Source: Eledone cirrhosa
Taxonomy: Eukaryota
Length of the DNA: 64,000 bases
Reading direction: 5' to 3'
Assembly (NCBI GenBank): GCA_964016885.1
Contig: OZ024746.1
Coordinates: forward strand, 52,514,001-52,578,000
Position 1 is the stretch's first letter, and each line of letters starts with the position of its first letter. A program made the position numbers and the translations under genes. The notes below the pieces were generated by a model, which did no database searches, was not told the DNA's origin, and saw only the letters and a program-made list of their open reading frames with translations. Shown here in pieces: positions 49,745-61,700 of this stretch.

Positions 49745-52700
49745 GTGTTGTTGTTGTTATTGTAGTTAGTGGTTTCTGTGATGGTAGTGTTGTTGTTGTT
49801 GTTATTGTAGTTAGTGGTTGCTGAGATAATAGTGTTGTTGTTGTTGTTATTGTAGTTAGTGGTTGCTGAGATGGTAGTGTTGTTGTTGTTGTTATTGTAG
49901 TTAGTGGTTGCTGAGATGGTAGTGTTGTTTTTGTTGTTGTTATTGTAGTTAGTGGTTTCTGTGATGGTAGTGTTGTTGTTGTTGTTATTGTAGTTAGTGG
50001 TTGCTGTGATGGTAGTGTTGTTGTTGTTATTGTAGTTAGTGGTTGCTGAGATGGTAGTGTTGTTGTTGTTGTTATTGTAGTTAGTGGTTGCTGAGATGGT
50101 AGTGTTGTTGTTGTTGTTATTGTAGTTAGTGGTTTCTGTGATGGTAGTGTTGTTGTTGTTGTTATTGTAGTTAGTGGTTGCTGAGATGGTAGTGTTGTTG
50201 TTGTTGTTATTGTTGTTAGAGGTTGCTGAGATGGTAGTGTTGTTGTTGTTGTTATTGTAGTTAGAGGTTGCTGTGATGGTAGTGTTGTTGTTGTTGTTAT
50301 TGTAGTTAGTGGTTTCTGTGATGGTAGTGTTGTTGTTGTTGTTATTATAGTTAGTGGTTTCTGTGATGGTAGTGTTGTTGTTGTTATTCTAGTTAATGGT
50401 TGCTGTGATGGTAGTGTTGTTGTTATTATTGTAGTTAGAGCTTGCTGAGATGGTAGTGTTGTTGTTGTTATTGTAGTTAGTGGTTTCTGTGATGGTAGTG
50501 TTGTTGTTGTTATTGTAGTTAGTGGTTGCTGAGATGGTAGTGTTGTTGTTGTTGTTATTGTAGTTAGAGGTTGCTGTGATGGTAGTGTTGTTGTTGTTGC
50601 TATTGTAGTTAGTGGTTTCTGTGATGGTAGTGTTGTTGTTGTTGTTATTGTAGTTAGTGGTTGCTGAGATAATAGTGTTATTGTTGTTGTTATTGTAGTT
50701 AGTGGTTGCTGAGATGATAGTGTTGTTGTTGTTGTTATTGTAGTTAGTGGTTGCTGAGATGGTAGTGTTGTTGTTGTTATTGTAGTTAGTGGTTGCTGAG
50801 ATGGTAGTGTTGTTGTTGTTGTTATTGTAGTTAGTGGTTGCTGTGATGGTAGTGTTGTTGTTGTTATTATTGTAGTTAGTGGTTTTTGTGATGGTAGTGT
50901 TGTTGTTGTTATTGTAGTTAGTGGTTGCTGTGATGGTAGTGTTGTTGTTGTTATTGTAGTTAGTGGTTGCTGAGATGGTAGTGTTGTTGTTGTTGTTATT
51001 GTAGTTAGTGGTTTTTGTGATGGTAGTGTTGTTGTTGTTGTTATTGTAGTTAGTGGTTGCTGTGATGGTAGTGTTGTTGTTGTTATTGTAGTTAGTGGTT
51101 GCTGAGATGGTAGTGTTGTTGTTGTTGTTATTGTAGTTAGAGGTTGCTGTGATGGTAGTGTTGTTGTTGTTGTTATTGTAGTTAGTGGTTGCTGAGATAA
51201 TAGTGTTGTTGTTGTTGTTATTGTAGTTAGTGGTTGCTGAGATGGTAGTGTTGTTGTTGTTATTGTAGTTAGTGGTTGCTGAGATGGTAGTGTTGTTGTT
51301 GTTGTTATTGTAGTTAGTGGTTTCTGTGATGGTAGTGTTGTTGTTGTTGTTGTTATTGTAGTTAGTGGTTGCTGAGATAATAGTGTTGTTGTTGTTGTTA
51401 TTGTAGTTAGAGGTTGCTGAGATGGTAGTGTTGTTGTTGTTGTTATTGTAGTTAGTGGTTTCTGTGATGGTAGTGTTGTTGTTGTTGTTATTGTAGTTAG
51501 TGGTTGCTGAGATAATAGTATTGTTGTTGTTGTTATTGTAGTTAGTAGTTGCTGAGATGGTAGTGTTGTTGTTGTTGTTATTGTAGTTAGTGGTTGCTGA
51601 GATGGTAGTGTTGTTGTTGTTGTTATTGTAGTTAGTGGTTTCTGTGATGGTAGTGTTGTTGTTGTTGTTATTGAAGTTAGTGGTTGCTGTGATGGTAGTG
51701 TTGTTGTTGTTATTGTAGTTAGTGGTTGCTGAGATGGTAGTGTTGTTGTTGTTGTTATTGTAGTTAGTGGTTGCTGAGATGGTAGTGTTGTTGTTGTTGT
51801 TATTGTAGTTAGTGGTTGCTGAGATAATAGTGTTGTTGTTGTTGTTATTGTAGTTAGTGGTTGCTGAGATGGTAGTGTTGTTGTTGTTATTGTAGTTAGT
51901 GGTTGCTGAGATGGTAGTGTTGTTGTTGTTGTTATTGTAGCTATTGGTTTCTGTGATGGTAGTGTTGTTGTTGTTGTTATTGTAGTTAGTGGTTGCTGAG
52001 ATAATAGTGTTGTTGTTGTTGTTATTGTAGTTAGTGGTTGCTGAGATGGTAGTGTTGTTGTTGTTGTTATTGTGGTTAGTGGTTTCTGTGATGGTAGTGT
52101 TGTTGTTGTTGTTATTGTAGTTAGTGGTTGCTGAGATAATAGTGTTGATGTTGTTGTTATTGTAGTTAGTGGTTGCTGAGATGGTAGTGTTGTTGTTGTT
52201 GTTATTGTAGTTAGTGGTTGCTGAGATGGTAGTGTTGTTGTTGTTGTTGTTATTGTAGTTAGTGGTTTCTGTGATGGTAGTGTTGTTGTTGTTGTTATTG
52301 TAGTTAGTGGTTGCTGTGATGGTAGTGTTGTTGTTGTTATTGTAGTTAGTGGTTGCTGAGATGGTAGTGTTGTTGTTGTTGTTATTGTAGTTAGTGGTTG
52401 CTGAGATGGTAGTGTTGTTGTTGTTGTTATTGTAGTTAGTGGTTTCTGTGATGGTAGTGTTGTTGTTGTTGTTATTGTAGTTAGTGGTTGCTGAGATGGT
52501 AGTGTTGTTGTTGTTGTTATTGTTGTTAGAGGTTGCTGAGATGGTAGTCTTGTTGTTGTTATTCTAGTTAGTGGTTGCTGTGATGGTAGTGTTGTTGTTG
52601 TTGTTATTGTAGTTAGTGGTTTCTGTGATGGTAGTGTTGTTGTTGTTATTGTAGTTAGAGCTTGCTGAGATGGGAGTGTTGTTGTTGTTATTGTAGTTAG

Positions 52701-55700
52701 TGGTTTCTGTGATGGTAGTATTGTTGTTGTTATTGTAGTTAGTGGTTGCTGAGATGGTAGTGTTGTTGTTGTTATTGTAGTTAGAGGTTGCTGTGATGGT
52801 AGTGTTGTTGTTGTTGTTATTGTAGTTAGTGGTTTTTGTGATGGTAGTGTTGTTGTTGTTGTTATTGTAGTTAGTGGTTGCTGTGATGGTAGTGTTGTTG
52901 TTGTTATTGTAGTTAGTGGTTGCTGAGATGGTAGTGTTGTTGTTGTTGTTATTGTAGTTAGAGGTTGCTGTGATGGTAGTGTTGTTGTTGTTGTTATTGT
53001 AGTTAGTGGTTGCTGAGATAATAGTGTTGTTGTTGTTGTTATTGTAGTTAGTGGTTACTGAGATGGTAGTGTTGTTGTTGTTATTGTAGTTAGTGATTGC
53101 TGAGATGGTAGTGTTGTTGTTGTTGTTATTGTAGTTAGTGGTTTCTGTGATGGTAGTGTTGTTGTTGTTGTTGTTATTGTAGTTAGTGGTTGCTGAGATA
53201 ATAGTGTTGTTGTTGTTGTTATTGTAGTTAGTGGTTGCTGAGATGGTAGTGTTGTTGTTGTTATTGTAGTTAGCGGTTGCTGAGATGGTAGTGTTGTTGT
53301 TGTTGTTATTGTAGTTAGTGGTTTCTGTGATGGTAGTGTTGTTGTTGTTGTTGTTATTGTAGTTAGTGGTTGCTGAGATAATAGTGTTGTTGTTGTTGTT
53401 ATTGTAGTTAGTGGTTGCTGAGATGGTAGAGTTGTTGTTGTTGTTATTGTAGTTAGTGGTTTCTGTGATGGTAGTGTTGTTGTTGTTGTTATTGTAGTTA
53501 GTGGTTGCTGAGATAATAGTGTTGTTGTTGTTGTTATTGTAGTTAGTAGTTGCTGAGATGGTAGTGTTGTTGTTGTTGTTATTGTAGTTAGTGGTTGCTG
53601 AGATGGTAGTGTTGTTGTTGTTGTTATTGTAGTTAGTGGTTTCTGTGATGGTAGTGTTGTTGTTGTTGTTATTGAAGTTAGTGGTTGCTGTGATGGTAGT
53701 GTTGTTGTTGTTATTGTAGCTAGTGGTTGCTGAGATGGTAGTGTTGTTGTTGTTGTTATTGTAGTTAGTGGTTGCTGAGATGGTAGTGTTGTTGTTGTTG
53801 TTATTGTAGTTAGTGGTTGCTGAGATAATAGTGTTGTTGTTGTTGTTATTGTAGTTAGTGGTTTCTGTGATGGTAGTGTTGTTGTTGTTGTTATTGTAGT
53901 TAGTGGTTGCTGAGATAATAGTGTTGTTGTTGTTGTTATTGTAGTTAGGGGTTGCTGAGATGGTAGTGTTGTTGTTGTTGTTATTGTGGTTAGTGGTTTC
54001 TGTGATGGTAGTGTTGTTGTTGTTGTTGTTATTGTAGTTAGTGGTTGCTGAGATAATAGTGTTGATGTTGTTGTTATTGTAGTTAGTGGTTGCTGAGATG
54101 GTAGTGTTGTTGTTGTTATTGTAGTTAGTGGTTGCTGAGATGGTAGTGTTGTTGTTGTTGTTATTGTAGTTAGTGGTTTCTGTGATGGTAGTGTTGTTGT
54201 TGTTGTTATTGTAGTTAGTGGTTGCTGAGATAATAGTGTTGTTGTTGTTGTTATTGTAGTTAGTGGTTGCTGAGATGGTAGTGTTGTTGTTGTTGTTATT
54301 GTGGTTAATGGTTTCTGTGATGGTAGTGTTGTTGTTGTTGTTATTGTAGTTAGTGGTTGCTGAGATAATAGTGTTGATGTTGTTGTTATTGTAGTTAGTG
54401 GTTGCTGAGCTGGTAGTGTTGTTGTTGTTGTTATTGTAGTTAGTGGTTGCTGAGATGGTAGTGTTGTTGTTGTTGTTGTTATTGTAGTTAGTGGTTTCTG
54501 TGATGGTAGTGTTGTTGTTGTTGTTATTGTAGTTAGTGGTTGCTGTGATGGTAGTGTTGTTGTTGTTATTGTAGTTAGTGGTTGCTGAGATGGTAGTGTT
54601 GTTGTTGTTGTTATTGTAGTTAGTGGTTGCTGAGATGGTAGTGTTGTTGTTGTTGTTATTGTAGTTAGTGGTTTCTGTGATGGTAGTGTTGTTGTTGTTG
54701 TTATTGTAGTTAGTGGTTGCTGAGATGGTAGTGTTGTTGTTGTTGTTATTGTTGTTAGAGGTTGCTGAGATGGTAGTCTTGTTGTTGTTATTCTAGTTAG
54801 TGGTTGCTGTGATGGTAGTGTTGTTGTTGTTGCTATTGTAGTTAGTGGTTTCTGTGATGGTAGTGTTGTTGTTGTTATTGTAGTTAGAGCTTGCTGAGAT
54901 GGGAGTGTTGTTGTTGTTATTGTAGTTAGTGGTTTCTGTGATGGTAGTGTTGTTGTTGTTATTGTAGTTAGAGGTTGCTGTGATGGTAGTGTTGTTGTTG
55001 TTATTGTAGTTAGAGGTTGCTGTGATGGTAGTGTTGTTGTTGTTGTTATTGTAGTTAGTGGTTGCTGAGATGGTAGTGTTGTTGTTGTTATTGTAGTTAG
55101 AGGTTGCTGTGATGGTAGTGTTGTTGTTGTTGTTATTGTAGTTAGTGGTTTTTGTGATGGTAGTGTTGTTGTTGTTGTTATTGTAGTTAGTGGTTGCTGT
55201 GATGGTAGTGTTGTTGTTGTTATTGTAGTTAGAGGTTGCTGTGATGGTAGTGTTGTTGTTGTTGTTATTGTAGTTAGTGGTTGCTGAGATGGTAGTGTTG
55301 TTGTTGTTATTGTAGTTAGAGGTTGCTGTGATGGTAGTGTTGTTGTTGTTGTTATTGTAGTTAGTGGTTTTTGTGATGGTAGTGTTGTTGTTGTTGTTAT
55401 TGTAGTTAGTGGTTGCTGTGATGGTAGTGTTGTTGTTGTTATTGTAGTTAGTGGTTGCTGAGATGGTAGTGTTGTTGTTGTTGTTATTGTAGTTAGAGGT
55501 TGCTGTGATGGTAGTGTTGTTGTTGTTGTTGTAGTTAGAGGTTGCTGTGATGGTAGTGTTGTTGTTGTTATTGTAGTTAGAGGTTGCTGTGATGGTAGTG
55601 TTGTTGTTGTTGTTATTGTAGTTAGTGGTTGCTGAGATGGTAGTGTTGTTGTTGTTATTGTAGTTAGAGGTTGCTGTGATGGTAGTGTTGTTGTTGTTAT

Positions 55701-58700
55701 TGTAGTTAGTGGTTTCTGTGATGGTAGTGTTGTTGTTGTTATTGTAGTTAGAGGTTGCTGTGATGGTAGTGTTGTTGTTGTTATTGTAGTTAGAGGTTGC
55801 TGTGATGGTAGTGTTGTTGTTGTTGTTATTGTAGTTAGTGGTTGCTGAGATGGTAGTGTTGTTGTTGTTGTTATTGTAGTTAGTGGTTGCTGAGATGGTA
55901 GTGTTGTTGTTGTTATTGTAGTTAGAGGTTGCTGTGATGGTAGTGTTGTTGTTGTTGTTATTGTAGTTAGTGGTTTTTGTGATGGTAGTGTTGTTGTTGT
56001 TGTTATTGTAGTTAGTGGTTGCTGTGATGGTAGTGTTGTTGTTGTTATTGTAGTTAGTGGTTGCTGAGATGGTAGTGTTGTTGTTGTTGTTATTGTAGTT
56101 AGAGGTTGCTGTGATGGTAGTGTTGTTGTTGTTGTTGTAGTTAGAGGTTGCTGTGATGGTAGTGTTGTTGTTGTTATTGTAGTTAGAGGTTGCTGTGATG
56201 GTAGTGTTGTTGTTGTTGTTATTGTAGTTAGTGGTTGCTGAGCTGGTAGTGTTGTTGTTGTTGTTATTGTAGTTAGTGGTTGCTGAGATGGCAGTGTTGT
56301 TGTTGTTGTTGTTATTGTAGTTAGTGGTTTCTGTGATGGTAGTGTTGTTGTTGTTGTTATTGTAGTTAGAGGTTGCTGTGATGGTAGTGTTGTTGTTGTT
56401 ATTGTAGTTAGTGGTTGCTGAGATGGTAGTGTTGTTGTTGTTGTTATTGTAGTTAGAGGTTGCTGTGATGGTAGTGTTGTTGTTGTTGTTGTAGTTAGAG
56501 GTTGCTGTGATGGTAGTGTTGTTGTTGTTATTGTAGTTAGAGGTTGCTGTGATGGTAGTGTTGTTGTTGTTGTTATTGTAGTTAGTGGTTGCTGAGATGG
56601 TAGTGTTGTTGTTGTTATTGTAGTTAGAGGTTGCTGTGATGGTAGTGTTGTTGTTGTTATTGTAGTTAGTGGTTTCTGTGATGGTAGTGTTGTTGTTGTT
56701 ATTGTAGTTAGAGGTTGCTGTGATGGTAGTGTTATTGTTGTTATTGTAGTTAGAGGTTGCTGTGATGGTAGTGTTGTTGTTGTTGTTATTGTAGTTAGTG
56801 GTTGCTGAGATGGTAGTGTTGTTGTTGTTATTGTAGTTAGAGGTTGCTGTGATGGTAGTGTTGTTGTTGTTGTTATTGTAGTTAGTGGTTTTTGTGATGG
56901 TAGTGTTGTTGTTGTTGTTATTGTAGTTAGTGGTTGCTGTGATGGTAGTGTTGTTGTTGTTATTGTAGTTAGTGGTTGCTGAGATGGTAGTGTTGTTGTT
57001 GTTGTTATTGTAGTTAGAGGTTGCTGTGATGGTAGTGTTGTTGTTGTTGTTATTGTAGTTAGTGGTTGCTGAGATAATAGTGTTGTTGTTGTTGTTATTG
57101 TAGTTAGTGGTTACTGAGATGGTAGTGTTGTTGTTGTTATTGTAGTTAGTGATTGCTGAGATGGTAGTGTTGTTGTTGTTGTTATTGTAGTTAGTGGTTT
57201 CTGTGATGGTAGTGTTGTTGTTGTTGTTGTTATTGTAGTTAGTGGTTGCTGAGATAATAGTGTTGTTGTTGTTGTTATTGTAGTTAGTGGTTTCTGTGAT
57301 GGTAGTGTTGTTGTTGTTATTGTAGTTAGAGCTTGCTGAGATGGGAGTGTTGTTGTTGTTATTGTAGTTAGTGGTTTCTGTGATGGTAGTGTTGTTGTTG
57401 TTATTGTAGTTAGTGGTTGCTGAGATGGTAGTGTTGTTGTTGTTATTGTAGTTAGAGGTTGCTGTGATGGTAGTGTTGTTGTTGTTGTTATTGTAGTTAG
57501 TGGTTTTTGTGATGGTAGTGTTGTTGTTGTTGTTATTGTAGTTAGTGGTTGCTGTGATGGTAGTGTTGTTGTTGTTATTGTAGTTAGTGGTTGCTGAGAT
57601 GGTAGTGTTGTTGTTGTTGTTATTGTAGTTAGAGGTTGCTGTGATGGTAGTGTTGTTGTTGTTGTTATTGTAGTTAGTGGTTGCTGAGATAATAGTGTTG
57701 TTGTTGTTGTTATTGTAGTTAGTGGTTACTGAGATGGTAGTGTTGTTGTTGTTATTGTAGTTAGTGATTGCTGAGATGGTAGTGTTGTTGTTGTTGTTAT
57801 TGTAGTTAGTGGTTTCTGTGATGGTAGTGTTGTTGTTGTTGTTGTTATTGTAGTTAGTGGTTGCTGAGATAATAGTGTTGTTGTTGTTGTTATTGTAGTT
57901 AGTGGTTGCTGAGATGGTAGTGTTGTTGTTGTTATTGTAGTTAGTGGTTGCTGAGATGGTAGTGTTGTTGTTGTTGTTATTGTAGTTAGTGGTTTCTGTG
58001 ATGGTAGTGTTGTTGTTGTTGTTGTTATTGTAGTTAGTGGTTGCTGAGATAATAGTGTTGTTGTTGTTGTTATTGTAGTTAGTGGTTGCTGAGATGGTAG
58101 TGTTGTTGTTGTTGTTATTGTAGTTAGTGGTTTCTGTGATGGTAGTGTTGTTGTTGTTGTTATTGAAGTTAGTGGTTGCTGTGATGGTAGTGTTGTTGTT
58201 GTTATTGTAGCTAGTGGTTGCTGAGATGGTAGTGTTGTTGTTGTTGTTATTGTAGTTAGTGGTTGCTGAGATAATAGTGTTGTTGTTGTTGTTATTGTAG
58301 TTAGTAGTTGCTGAGATGGTAGTGTTGTTGTTGTTGTTATTGTAGTTAGTGGTTGCTGAGATGGTAGTGTTGTTGTTGTTGTTATTGTAGTTAGTGGTTT
58401 CTGTGATGGTAGTGTTGTTGTTGTTGTTATTGAAGTTAGTGGTTGCTGTGATGGTAGTGTTGTTGTTGTTATTGTAGCTAGTGGTTGCTGAGATGGTAGT
58501 GTTGTTGTTGTTGTTATTGTAGTTAGTGGTTGCTGAGATGGTAGTGTTGTTGTTGTTGTTATTGTAGTTAGTGGTTGTTGAGATAATAGTGTTGTTGTTG
58601 TTGTTATTGTAGTTAGTGGTTGCTGAGATGGTAGTGTTGTTGTTGTTATTGTAGTTAGTGGTTGCTGAGATGGTAGTGTTGTTGTTGTTGTTATTGTAGT

Positions 58701-61700
58701 TAGTGGTTTCTGTGATGGTAGTGTTGTTGTTGTTGTTATTGTAGTTAGTGGTTGCTGAGATAATAGTGTTGTTGTTGTTGTTATTGTAGTTAGTGGTTGC
58801 TGAGATGGTAGTGTTGTTGTTGTTGTTATTGTGGTTAGTGGTTTCTGTGATGGTAGTGTTGTTGTTGTTGTTGTTATTGTAGTTAGTGGTTGCTGAGATA
58901 ATAGTGTTGATGTTGTTGTTATTGTAGTTAGTGGTTGCTGAGATGGTAGTGTTGTTGTTGTTATTGTAGTTAGTGGTTGCTGAGATGGTAGTGTTGTTGT
59001 TGTTGTTATTGTAGTTAGTGGTTTCTGTGATGGTAGTGTTGTTGTTGTTGTTATTGTAGTTAGTGGTTGCTGAGATAATAGTGTTGTTGTTGTTGTTATT
59101 GTAGTTAGTGGTTGCTGAGATGGTAGTGTTGTTGTTGTTGTTATTGTGGTTAGTGGTTTCTGTGATGGTAGTGTTGTTGTTGTTGTTATTGTAGTTAGTG
59201 GTTGCTGAGATAATAGTGTTGATGTTGTTGTTATTGTAGTTAGTGGTTGCTGAGATGGTAGTGTTGTTGTTGTTGTTATTGTAGTTAGTGGTTGCTGAGA
59301 TGGTAGTGTTGTTGTTGTTGTTGTTATTGTAGTTAGTGGTTTCTGTGATGGTAGTGTTGTTGTTGTTGTTATTGTAGTTAGTGGTTGCTGTGATGGTAGT
59401 GTTGTTGTTGTTATTGTAGTTAGTGGTTGCTGAGATGGTAGTGTTGTTGTTGTTGTTATTGTAGTTAGTGGTTGCTGAGATGGTAGTGTTGTTGTTGTTG
59501 TTATTGTAGTTAGTGGTTTCTGTGATGGTAGTGTTGTTGTTGTTGTTATTGTAGTTAGTGGTTGCTGAGATGGTAGTGTTGTTGTTGTTGTTATTGTTGT
59601 TAGAGGTTGCTGAGATGGTAGTCTTGTTGTTGTTATTCTAGTTAGTGGTTGCTGTGATGGTAGTGTTGTTGTTGTTGTTATTGTAGTTAGTGGTTTCTGT
59701 GATGGTAGTGTTGTTGTTGTTGTTGTTATTGTAGTTAGTGGTTGCTGAGATAATAGTGTTGTTGTTGTTGTTATTGTAGTTAGTGGTTGCTGAGATGGTA
59801 GTGTTGTTGTTGTTATTGTAGTTAGTGGTTGCTGAGATGGTAGTGTTGTTGTTGTTGTTATTGTAGTTAGTGGTTGCTGAGATGGTAGTGTTGTTGTTGT
59901 TGTTATTGTAGTTAGTGGTTTCTGTGATGGTAGTGTTGTTGTTGTTGTTATTGTAGTTAGTGGTTGCTGAGATGGTAGTGTTGTTGTTGTTGTTATTGTT
60001 GTTAGAGGTTGCTGAGATGGTAGTCTTGTTGTTGTTATTCTAGTTAGTGGTTGCTGTGATGGTAGTGTTGTTGTTGTTGTTATTGTAGTTAGTGGTTTCT
60101 GTGATGGTAGTGTTGTTGTTGTTGTTGTTATTGTAGTTAGTGGTTGCTGAGATAATAGTGTTGTTGTTGTTGTTATTGTAGTTAGTGGTTGCTGAGATGG
60201 TAGTGTTGTTGTTGTTATTGTAGTTAGTGGTTGCTGAGATGGTAGTGTTGTTGTTGTTGTTGTTATTGTAGTTAGTGGTTTCTGTGATGGTAGTGTTGTT
60301 GTTGTTGTTGTTATTGTAGTTAGTGGTTGCTGAGATAATAGTGTTGTTGTTGTTGTTATTGTAGTTAGTGGTTGCTGAGATGGTAGTGTTGTTGTTGTTG
60401 TTATTGTAGTTAGTGGTTTCTGTGATGGTAGTGTTGTTGTTGTTGTTATTGTAGTTAGTGGTTGCTGAGATAATAGTGTTGTTGTTGTTGTTATTGTAGT
60501 TAGTAGTTGCTGAGATGGTAGTGTTGTTGTTGTTGTTATTGTAGTTAGTGGTTGCTGAGATGGTAGTGTTGTTGTTGTTGTTATTGTAGTTAGTGGTTTC
60601 TGTGATGGTAGTGTTGTTGTTGTTGTTATTGAAGTTAGTGGTTGCTGTGATGGTAGTGTTGTTGTTGTTATTGTAGTTAGTGGTTGCTGAGATGGTAGTG
60701 TTGTTGTTGTTGTTATTGTAGTTAGTGGTTGCTGAGATGGTAGTGTTGTTGTTGTTGTTATTGTAGTTAGTGGTTGCTGAGATAATAGTGTTGTTGTTGT
60801 TGTTATTGTAGTTAGTGGTTGCTGAGATGGTAGTGTTGTTGTTGTTATTGTAGTTAGTGGTTGCTGAGATGGTAGTGTTGTTGTTGTTGTTATTGTAGTT
60901 AGTGGTTTCTGTGATGGTAGTGTTGTTGTTGTTGTTATTGTAGTTAGTGGTTGCTGAGATAATAGTGTTGTTGTTGTTGTTATTGTAGTTAGTGGTTGCT
61001 GAGATGGTAGTGTTGTTGTTGTTGTTATTGTGGTTAGTGGTTTCTGTGATGGTAGTGTTGTTGTTGTTGTTATTGTAGTTAGCGGTTGCTGAGATAATAG
61101 TGTTGATGTTGTTGTTATTGTAGTTAGTGGTTGCTGAGATGGTAGTGTTGTTGTTGTTGTTATTGTAGTTAGTGGTTGCTGAGATGGTAGTGTTGTTGTT
61201 GTTGTTGTTATTGTAGTTAGTGGTTTCTGTGATGGTAGTGTTGTTGTTGTTGTTGTTATTGTAGTTAGTGGTTGCTGTGATGGTAGTGTTGTTGTTGTTA
61301 TTGTAGTTAGTGGTTGCTGAGATGGTAGTGTTGTTGTTGTTGTTATTGTAGTTAGTGGTTGCTGAGATGGTAGTGTTGTTGTTGTTGTTATTGTAGTTAG
61401 TGGTTTCTGTGATGGTAGTGTTGTTGTTGTTGTTATTGTAGTTAGTGGTTGCTGAGATGGTAGTGTTGTTGTTGTTGTTATTGTTGTTAGAGGTTGCTGA
61501 GATGGTAGTCTTGTTGTTGTTATTCTAGTTAGTGGTTGCTGTGATGGTAGTGTTGTTGTTGTTGTTATTGTAGTTAGTGGTTTCTGTGATGGTAGTGTTG
61601 TTGTTGTTGTTATTGTAGTTAGTGGTTGCTGAGATGGTAGTGTTGTTGTTGTTGTTATTGTTGTTAGAGGTTGCTGAGATGGTAGTCTTGTTGTTGTTAT